Assembly: GCA_964441955.1 (NCBI GenBank)
Contig: CAYTWA010000002.1
Location: 9,894 to 73,893 of the forward strand
Length of the DNA: 64,000 nt
Direction: 5' to 3'
Source: an uncultured Elusimicrobia bacterium
Lineage (GTDB): Bacteria; Elusimicrobiota; Elusimicrobia; 2-01-FULL-59-12
The notes under the pieces were generated by a model, which did not search any database, was not told the DNA's origin, and saw only the letters and a program-made list of their open reading frames with translations. Each line of letters opens with the position of its first letter. The stretch's first letter is position 1. This document shows positions 57,087 to 64,000 of this stretch, piece after piece. The position numbers were made by a program, and so were the translations under genes.

Positions 57087-57160
57087 AGAGGGGAAGGGAG
57101 TGGGAGTTCAGGAAATTTTTATTAAAAAAACATTCCTCGACTCCCACTCCCTCTACCACT
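57087..57160. repeat. Palindromic element copy C (intergenic): arms AGGGAGTGGGAGT (57095-57107) / ACTCCCACTCCCT (57140-57152) around an AT-rich core TTTTTATTAAAAAAA, followed by TGTTTTTT. Terminator-like.
   Basis: Perfect 13-bp inverted repeat read in the sequence. Related copies at 15547-15613 and 40569-40648. Confidence 0.8.
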
Positions 57161-57167
57161 GTTTTTT

Positions 57168-58289
57168 ATGAACCCACTCGATAATCTCATCCGTCCCCAA
57201 GTGCGCGGTTTTGAGCCGTACTTGCCCGGACGCTCCATTGAAAGCGTGAAGCGTGAGCGCGGTTTAAAGCGCGTCATTAAATTGGCGTCCAATGAAAATG
57301 CGCTCGGGCCCTCGCCCCAAGCCATTCGCGCGATGAAGGCGACCGGCCCACAGCTTTTTCGCTATCCCGATGGCGCGAGCACGCGGCTGCGCGCGGCCCT
57401 AGCTCAGAACGCCAACGTGCCAGCGGAGCGGGTCATCATCGGCGCGGGGAGTGATGAGCTGATCGAAATTTTGGGAAAAACGTACCTCAACCCCACGGAT
57501 TCGATGGTTGTTTCCGCGCACGCCTTCACGCGCTACAAAATGGCGGGGGATTTGATGGGTTCCGAAGTGATCACTGTTCCCATGAAGGACTACCGCCACG
57601 ACCTTTCGGCGATGAGCAGGGCCATTCAAGCCAATACCAAACTGGTTTTCGTGGCCAATCCCAATAACCCCACCGGGACTTACAACACGGCGGCCGAATT
57701 GGAAACTTTTTTATCCCGTATCGCGACGATGGCCAATGCCCATCCACTGGTTGTCGTAGACGAGGCGTATTACGAGTACGCCAAAGCCTTTGCGCCGGAT
57801 TATCCGGATACGTTAGCACTTCAGAAGCGGTTTAACTTTCTTGTCACCTTGCGAACCTTTTCCAAAGCCCATGCGTTGGCGGGGCTTCGTATTGGGTACG
57901 GGTTTGCTGACCCGTCCGTCATTGAGGCGTTAGACCGAGTTCGCCCGCCGTTTAACGTCAGTGTGGCGGCCCAAGCGGCCGGTGTAGCCAGTTTGACGGA
58001 TACGACGCACATCCGCAAGAGCATTGCCTTGGTGGCTGCTGAGCGCAAGAAGATCCTCCGGGCGGTGACGGCTTTGGGCTACCGGGTACTGCCTTCGGTG
58101 GGTAATTTTTTCCTCATGGTGGTGGCTCCCAGGGGGGGAAAAGACGTAACGGAAGCTCTTCTTTCTCGTGGTATTATTGTCCGCTCGATGCAGGAATATG
58201 ACTTTCCGAACCACGTGCGGGTGACCTACGGGTTACCGGCCGAAAACGCGGCCTTTATCAAAGCCTTGACGGAGATTGCGAAGCGATGA
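57168..58289 (+). CDS. hisC: Histidinol-phosphate / aromatic aminotransferase (class II PLP)
   Basis: [12 protein letters not shown]..., PLP-lysine region ...[15 protein letters not shown]. Confidence 0.9.
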   Translation: MNPLDNLIRPQVRGFEPYLPGRSIESVKRERGLKRVIKLASNENALGPSPQAIRAMKATGPQLFRYPDGASTRLRAALAQNANVPAERVIIGAGSDELIEILGKTYLNPTDSMVVSAHAFTRYKMAGDLMGSEVITVPMKDYRHDLSAMSRAIQANTKLVFVANPNNPTGTYNTAAELETFLSRIATMANAHPLVVVDEAYYEYAKAFAPDYPDTLALQKRFNFLVTLRTFSKAHALAGLRIGYGFADPSVIEALDRVRPPFNVSVAAQAAGVASLTDTTHIRKSIALVAAERKKILRAVTALGYRVLPSVGNFFLMVVAPRGGKDVTEALLSRGIIVRSMQEYDFPNHVRVTYGLPAENAAFIKALTEIAKR

Positions 58290-59302
58290 TCATCACCCTT
58301 AAAACCGACGCCACCAAAGCCCAGGTCGATGCGATTTTGCATAAAATCAAGGACCTCAAATTTACGCCGCATGCCACCCAGGGAAAAGAATTCAAAACCA
58401 TCGGCGTATTAGGCGAAAACGCCATCCAAACCCGCGACATTTTTGAGGCGATGGAAGGGGTTGAAAGTATCGCGGCCATCTCCAAGCCGTATAAACTCGT
58501 CAGCCGCGAATTTAAAAAAGAAAACACGATCGTCAAAGTGGGCAACGGTGTTGAAATCGGCGGTGAACGCATCGTGGTGATGGCGGGACCTTGTTCAGTG
58601 GACACCAAAGAGCGGCTGATGTTTACGGCCGAAGCCGTCAAAAATGCCGGGGCTTTAATATTGCGCGGCGGCGCTTTTAAACCCCGAACGTCGCCTTATG
58701 CCTTCCAAGGCCATGGAGAAAAAGCCCTCCGTTTCCTGGCGGATGCCCGGAAACAAACGGGCCTACCGGTCATTACGGAAGTGATGAATTTAAACGATGT
58801 CAAGCTCGTCGAAGAATATGCCGACATCATCCAAGTGGGTGCGCGCAATACGCAAAATTTCGATCTTTTAAAAGAAGTGGGCAAGGCTAAAAAGCCCGTG
58901 CTTCTGAAGCGCGGCTTGGCCACCACGATTCAAGAATGGCTGATGAGCGCGGAATACATCGTGATGAACGGCAACCACAATGTCATTCTCTGCGAACGCG
59001 GCATCCGCACGTTTGAAACGGCGACGCGCTTTACGCTCGACTTAAATGCCGTTCCCGTGCTGCGCCACTTAACACACCTGCCGATCATTGTGGATCCGTC
59101 GCATGGCGTGGGCATCCGCGATTTCATTCCGCCGATGGCTAAAGCCAGCATCGCCGCAGGGGCCGATGGCCTCATTTTGGAAGTTCACCCGAAGCCCGAA
59201 GAAGCCCTTTCCGATGGCCCTCAGTCGCTCCTCCCCGACCAGTTTTCTCACTTAATGGGAGAACTCCGAGCAGTGGCCTTGGCTGTAGGTCGTTCGCTCT
59301 AG
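58286..59302 (+). CDS. aroF: 3-deoxy-D-arabino-heptulosonate-7-phosphate synthase, type I-beta, with an N-terminal ferredoxin-like regulatory domain
   Basis: ...VMAGPCSVD..., KPRTSPY.FQG. The context with pheA/hisC favours DAHPS over KDO8PS. Confidence 0.75.
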   Translation: MIITLKTDATKAQVDAILHKIKDLKFTPHATQGKEFKTIGVLGENAIQTRDIFEAMEGVESIAAISKPYKLVSREFKKENTIVKVGNGVEIGGERIVVMAGPCSVDTKERLMFTAEAVKNAGALILRGGAFKPRTSPYAFQGHGEKALRFLADARKQTGLPVITEVMNLNDVKLVEEYADIIQVGARNTQNFDLLKEVGKAKKPVLLKRGLATTIQEWLMSAEYIVMNGNHNVILCERGIRTFETATRFTLDLNAVPVLRHLTHLPIIVDPSHGVGIRDFIPPMAKASIAAGADGLILEVHPKPEEALSDGPQSLLPDQFSHLMGELRAVALAVGRSL

Positions 59303-59350
59303 GAGACATACCGCCTTTCACTCCTAGAGCTATAATGGGCTTGCACCCTC

Positions 59351-60007
59351 ATGAGCTCTGATCACCTTCATTCCGATACTGGTGAGCGCGAAAAATTCGA
59401 AGTCCACCAGGCTGAATTTTCACAGGGGACAGCCGTCCTCTTACCCGAAGAATATGGGGACGACCGTTTGGTGGCCATGGTGCGCGATCCCCGCTGCATG
59501 TTTGCTTACTGGGAGTTTACACCCGCCAATGCCGAGCGCTTGCGTCGCGAGGGCGGAGGCGATATTTGGGAAAATTCCGACTTTATTTTGCGCGTGTATG
59601 ACGATTTTGGCTCTTTTTTTGATGTGGGGGTTGCTCGAGAAGCGCGCCAAACTTATATCCATTTAGGCCGCGACGGAGGGGCGTACGTCGTGGATCTCGG
59701 GCTTCGTCGCCGCGACGGCGTTTTCTTCTCTCTCCTTCGGTCCAACCGGGTACAGCTGCCGGCGGGGCACGTGTCTCATGAAGTGGATTCGCAATTTGCC
59801 CGCCTTCACGTCTCGACCGTGGAAAACGGTGCCGGCCCAGAGGCGCTTTTGCAGGGATTCGAGCACATTGGCCGCGGCTCCGCGGAATTTTCAAAATCGA
59901 TGGCCCAGCGCTGGGAGTTTTTAAAGGCGGTTTTCTCCGGTTCTCCGTGGGGGGCGGTTTCCTCGCATTCCATTCCCAGTTCCAGCGCCTCTGGTAACAA
60001 GCCATGA
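59351..60007 (+). CDS. DUF4912 domain protein (characteristically encoded next to GH57 genes)
   Basis: ATGA overlap with the GH57 gene. A TATAAT-like box lies at 59331-59336. Confidence 0.6.
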   Translation: MSSDHLHSDTGEREKFEVHQAEFSQGTAVLLPEEYGDDRLVAMVRDPRCMFAYWEFTPANAERLRREGGGDIWENSDFILRVYDDFGSFFDVGVAREARQTYIHLGRDGGAYVVDLGLRRRDGVFFSLLRSNRVQLPAGHVSHEVDSQFARLHVSTVENGAGPEALLQGFEHIGRGSAEFSKSMAQRWEFLKAVFSGSPWGAVSSHSIPSSSASGNKP

Positions 60008-61620
60008 GCGAAAAGGGCTATCTGGCGCTCGTCCTCCATGCGCACTTGCCTTTTGTCCGGCATCCCGAATACGACGATTTTTTAGAAGAAGACTGGCTCT
60101 TCGAGGCGATAACCGAGACGTACTTACCTCTGTTGGACATGATGTCGCGTCTGGTATCGGAAAAAATCTATTTCCGGCTGGCGATGTCGCTGACCCCCCC
60201 GCTGTGCGCGATGCTGTCGGACCCTTTGCTTCAATCGCGTTACCGCCGCCACCTGTATAAGCTAATTGAACTCTCTAACCTTGAAGTTCATCGCACGCGT
60301 GATACTCCCTTTCAGGCCTCGGCGCTTATGTACCAGCGCAAACTCGCGCGCTGTCGTGAGCTCTATGACGACTGGTACCGGGGAAATCTCCTCCAAGCCT
60401 TTCGCCAATTGCAAGACGAGGGGGTGCTTGAAATCATCACGTGCGGCGCCACCCATGGTTATTTGCCGCTCATGAATCAGCGGCAAGCCGCGCGGGCCCA
60501 AATCCGCATGGCCGCCGATGACTATCAACGGAATTTTGGCCGCCGCGCGCGCGGCATCTGGCTTCCAGAGTGCGCTTACAACCCCGGAGATGACCAGCTG
60601 CTCCAGGAGTCGGGCATTCGATTTTTCTTTATGGAAGCGCACGGCCTTTTGTATGGACGGCCTCGCCCGCGTTACGGGGTCTATGCGCCCATCTATACGC
60701 CCAGCGGCGTCGCGGCCTTTGGCCGGGACATGGAGTCGGCGCACCAAGTGTGGTCTGGTGAGACCGGCTATCCCGGGGACCCTCGATACCGCGAGTTTTA
60801 CCGCGATGTGGGCTATGACGTAGACGATTACGACTACATCAAACCGTACCTCCATTCCGATGGGGTCCGCCGCAATGTGGGGCTTAAATATTTCCGCATC
60901 ACCGGGAAAGTGCCTTTAAACGCCAAACAACCCTATAACCCAGACGAAGCGCGGGATTTGGCAGCAAATCACGCGGGCAATTTCATCTTTAACCGGCAAA
61001 AACAAGCGGAGCACCTCGGCGGAGTTTTGGGCCGCAAACCTCTCGTCGTGTCCATGTATGACGCGGAGCTCTTTGGGCATTGGTGGTATGAAGGCCCTGA
61101 TTTTCTCGAATTCTTATTTCGAAAATTGCATAGTGATCAAAAAGAACTGCGAACGATTACGCCCAGTGAATACTTGGCCGAAAACCCTTCCCTTCAAATA
61201 CTTCAACCGGAAATGTCGTCATGGGGCGATAAGGGCTACCACGAGGTGTGGTTGAATGGCGCCAACGACTGGATCTACCGGCATCTCCATAAAGCCGCGG
61301 AACGGATGATCGAGTTGGCCAGAAAACACCCTTCGGCCCATGGTGTTCAGGAACGGGCCTTAAACCAAGCCGCCCGAGAACTGTACTTGGCGCAATCGTC
61401 CGATTGGGCATTTTTGATGACGGTGGGCACGGCAACGTCTTATGCCAACAAACGAACGCGCGACCATTTGTCTCGTTTCCAAACGCTGTACGACCAAATT
61501 CAATGCCATAGCGTCGATGAGGGGTTTTTGGCGGAAGTCGAGCGCCGCGATACGATTTTTCCGCATATCGATTACCGGATTTTTTTAGAACACGCCAACA
61601 CTCCGGCGTTGGTCGGTTAA
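60004..61620 (+). CDS. Glycoside hydrolase family 57 (alpha-amylase/branching-enzyme-like)
   Basis: LALVLHAHLPFVRHPEY... GH57 N-terminal signature. Confidence 0.85.
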   Translation: MSEKGYLALVLHAHLPFVRHPEYDDFLEEDWLFEAITETYLPLLDMMSRLVSEKIYFRLAMSLTPPLCAMLSDPLLQSRYRRHLYKLIELSNLEVHRTRDTPFQASALMYQRKLARCRELYDDWYRGNLLQAFRQLQDEGVLEIITCGATHGYLPLMNQRQAARAQIRMAADDYQRNFGRRARGIWLPECAYNPGDDQLLQESGIRFFFMEAHGLLYGRPRPRYGVYAPIYTPSGVAAFGRDMESAHQVWSGETGYPGDPRYREFYRDVGYDVDDYDYIKPYLHSDGVRRNVGLKYFRITGKVPLNAKQPYNPDEARDLAANHAGNFIFNRQKQAEHLGGVLGRKPLVVSMYDAELFGHWWYEGPDFLEFLFRKLHSDQKELRTITPSEYLAENPSLQILQPEMSSWGDKGYHEVWLNGANDWIYRHLHKAAERMIELARKHPSAHGVQERALNQAARELYLAQSSDWAFLMTVGTATSYANKRTRDHLSRFQTLYDQIQCHSVDEGFLAEVERRDTIFPHIDYRIFLEHANTPALVG

Positions 61621-61673
61621 GCCCGAGGGGTATATAATAGGGCCGTACGGGCAATGTAAATGGGAGGACCACT

Positions 61674-62099
61674 ATGGGCGTTACACCATCTACGCATATC
61701 GAGGCCGGTTCGGTTCTAGCCAACACCAAAAGCGTCAGGAGAAAAGCGACGGCAAAACCCTTGGCCGTTAAAAAAGTTTCCGCACCGGCGGAAATTCTCT
61801 TTGAGCAAGCTCCCAACCCGCTTCGCGAACCCGTGCCTCCCTATATTTGGATCGACTACCCGACCCAAAATGAACAGCTGAAAGCCCCCGCTTATGTGGT
61901 TCGCCTGGGGGTGGGTGGGGCGACATCGGTTGAAATCAAAATCAATAAAAGTACTTGGCAGCCTTGCCGTTTGACGTCTGGCTATTGGTGGTTTGACTGG
62001 GACGCCATACGCCCTGGGAAACACACTCTGACGGCACGGATGCGAACCGTGGATGGCCGAAGGTATCGCACGCCGCCCACACACTGCCAATACCGGTAG
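61674..62099 (+). CDS. Hypothetical protein (141 aa, basic, Trp-rich C-terminus)
   Basis: ORF with an upstream GGGAGG SD. Confidence 0.45.
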   Translation: MGVTPSTHIEAGSVLANTKSVRRKATAKPLAVKKVSAPAEILFEQAPNPLREPVPPYIWIDYPTQNEQLKAPAYVVRLGVGGATSVEIKINKSTWQPCRLTSGYWWFDWDAIRPGKHTLTARMRTVDGRRYRTPPTHCQYR

Positions 62100-62109
62100 T
62101 TCCAACCCG

Positions 62110-64000
62110 TTGAAAACCGCTGACATCCGTTCGGCTTTTCTGAATTTCTTTAAGGAAAGACAGCATTCCATTGTGGCGTCTGATTCCTTGATCCCTTCGA
62201 CGGATCCCACGCTCCTTTTTACCAGTGCAGGGATGGTGCAGTTTAAGCCCAATTTCCAAAACCCGGACACGAGCCCTTACAAGCGGGCGGCCACTTGCCA
62301 GAAATGTTTGCGAACCTCCGACATCGAGCGCGTGGGCCAGACGCTGCGCCACCTCACTTTCTTTGAGATGCTGGGGAATTTTTCGTTCGGCGATTACTTT
62401 AAAAATGATTCCATCCAATGGGGCTGGGAGTTTTTAACCCAAACCATGAAGCTGCCCAAAGACCGCTTGATCGTCTCGGTGTATAAAGAAGACGACGACG
62501 CCTTCCATATTTGGAAAAAAATAGTCCCGGAAAGCCGCATCGTCCGTTTAGGCGAAGACAGCAACTTCTGGACGATGGGGCCCACCGGCCCTTGCGGCCC
62601 TTGCTCGGAAATTTTATTCGACCGCGGCGACGCCTGGGGGCACGCCGGCGATTACGACGGTGATCGCTACCTCGAAATTTGGAACCACGTGTTCACCCAG
62701 TTCGATAAGCAAGCAGACGGCGTGCTCGTGGCCCTTCCGCGCAAAAACATCGACACAGGGATGGGGTTGGAACGTCTTTCACTTCTCTGCCAGGGCGTCG
62801 ACAGTGCTTTTGATACGGAGGGCTTTCAAACCCTTTTTGACGTCTTGGCCGAAGCCGCCAAACGCACAAAACCGCGCCCCATGGCGGCGGGAGCTGTCCC
62901 ATCGGCGGAGTTGGTGTCCTTCCGTCGCGTGGCGGATCACGCCCGCGCCGTCACGTTCATGATGGCTGACGGCATTTTGCCTTCCAACGAAGGCCGCGGC
63001 TATGTGCTGCGCCGTCTTCTGCGCCAAGCGGTGCGCGCGGGAAAAACCTTGGGTTTACAAGAGCCTTTCTTGTTTAGTCTGACGGGCACGGTGGTGGATT
63101 TGATGAAAGGGGCGTACCCGGAGCTCGTGCAGCGCCGCGACATTGTGGCCGCCATGGTCAAAGGGGAAGAGGAAAAGTTTTTGGAAACCCTGGGGACGGG
63201 AACCCGCCGTTTGGAAGAGCTCGTGACGACAGCCAAGGTCCAAAAAGCCCAAACGCTTTCCGGAAGAGACGTCTTTCAACTTTACGACACCTTTGGATTT
63301 CCCTACGAACTCACGAAGGAAATGGCCGAAGGCATGGGCTTTGGCGTGGAAGAAAAGGCTTTTAAGGAAGCGCAGCAAGCCGCCGTCGCGCTCGCCCGTC
63401 AAGGCTGGAAGGGCTCGGGCGTTCAAGAGGTGGAGCATTACCGATCATGGAAGGCGTCCGCCGGGGTTTCGACCGTCTTTAAAGGCTACGAAACGAAGGA
63501 CATGGATTCCGTGCTGGTCAAACCGTTCTATAAGAAAACGGAAAAGGGCTGGGTTGAAACCGACACCTTGTTGGCCGGGGATGAAGCCGAGGTGGTCTGC
63601 CAAGAAACCCCGTTTTTTGCCGAGCGAGGCGGCCAAATCGGCGATACGGGCTGGTTTGAAACAGGGGAGGGGAAAGCCGAAATTTTAGATACCCAGTGCC
63701 CCGTCCCCGATTTTAACGTGCACCGCTTGAAGGTCACAAGCGGCACATTGAAAGCAGGTGCCAAAGTTCGCCAAAAGGTGGATGCGCCGCGCCGAGAAGC
63801 GATCATGCGTCATCATACGGCCACCCACTTGCTGCATCAAACCCTGCGCGACCTCTTCGGCAAGCAGCTCACGCAGGCCGGCTCGTTGGTGGCCCCCGAC
63901 CGCTTACGTTTCGATTTTACGCACAACGCGCCGCTTACCAAAGAGGAGCGCCAGAAAGTGGAAGACTTAATCAATGAGCACATCATGAACGATATCCCCG
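62110..64000 (+). CDS. alaS: Alanyl-tRNA synthetase (3' partial)
   Basis: Hand translation ...LKTADIRSAFLNFFKERQHSIVASDSLIPSTDPTLLFTSAGMVQFKP... matches the AlaRS N-terminus. The start is either TTG 62110 or an upstream ATG at 62053. The frame continues to the window end. Confidence 0.85.
   Translation, partial: MKTADIRSAFLNFFKERQHSIVASDSLIPSTDPTLLFTSAGMVQFKPNFQNPDTSPYKRAATCQKCLRTSDIERVGQTLRHLTFFEMLGNFSFGDYFKNDSIQWGWEFLTQTMKLPKDRLIVSVYKEDDDAFHIWKKIVPESRIVRLGEDSNFWTMGPTGPCGPCSEILFDRGDAWGHAGDYDGDRYLEIWNHVFTQFDKQADGVLVALPRKNIDTGMGLERLSLLCQGVDSAFDTEGFQTLFDVLAEAAKRTKPRPMAAGAVPSAELVSFRRVADHARAVTFMMADGILPSNEGRGYVLRRLLRQAVRAGKTLGLQEPFLFSLTGTVVDLMKGAYPELVQRRDIVAAMVKGEEEKFLETLGTGTRRLEELVTTAKVQKAQTLSGRDVFQLYDTFGFPYELTKEMAEGMGFGVEEKAFKEAQQAAVALARQGWKGSGVQEVEHYRSWKASAGVSTVFKGYETKDMDSVLVKPFYKKTEKGWVETDTLLAGDEAEVVCQETPFFAERGGQIGDTGWFETGEGKAEILDTQCPVPDFNVHRLKVTSGTLKAGAKVRQKVDAPRREAIMRHHTATHLLHQTLRDLFGKQLTQAGSLVAPDRLRFDFTHNAPLTKEERQKVEDLINEHIMNDIP

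Overview
High-GC (~60%) bacterial chromosomal window of 64 kb with about 55 genes, nearly all on the + strand. Main contents: (1) a 5'-truncated giant gene (1..10028, >3,340 aa) that is almost entirely coiled-coil with internal ~1-kb tandem repeats and ends in a histidine-kinase core (HisKA + HATPase_c). It overlaps by 13 nt a response regulator with an unusual REC - TM - beta-propeller-like architecture. (2) A single low-GC (~45%) 3.5-kb gene encoding an orphan 1,168-aa polytopic membrane protein, sitting between the two-component genes. (3) On the - strand, a sensorless histidine kinase overlapping a cNMP-binding/patatin-like phospholipase (NTE-like), then hisS and a CHASE2 class-III nucleotidyl cyclase. 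(4) A tRNA whose anticodon reads GCG immediately upstream of tmRNA (ssrA). (5) A P-II-like protein paired with an outer-membrane porin; a glycogen debranching enzyme; an ECF sigma/ZAS anti-sigma pair followed by a cyclopropane-fatty-acid/DUF1365/FAD-oxidoreductase/DUF1295 cluster resembling the sigmaE-ChrR singlet-oxygen regulon. (6) A large uncharacterised ~1,076-aa protein, an AmiC-type amidase, murI, queD-queE, a THEP1-like NTPase, rlmI and a dcw cluster (murC-murB-ddl-ftsQ-ftsA-ftsZ) followed directly by pilT. (7) pyk, a VapBC toxin-antitoxin pair, pgeF, pheA-hisC-aroF, DUF4912 + GH57, and the 5' part of alaS. The most unusual sequence-level observation is a family of ~70-80 bp palindromic elements (GC-rich 13-23 bp inverted arms around an AT-rich TTTATTAAAAAA core) in three copies: one intergenic and terminator-like after pheA, and two inserted in-frame without stop codons inside coding sequences (the amidase AMIN-catalytic linker and the N-terminus of the small histidine kinase). 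This resembles in-frame palindromic elements of the Rickettsia RPE type. No CRISPR array, rRNA or classical IS/transposase was seen.
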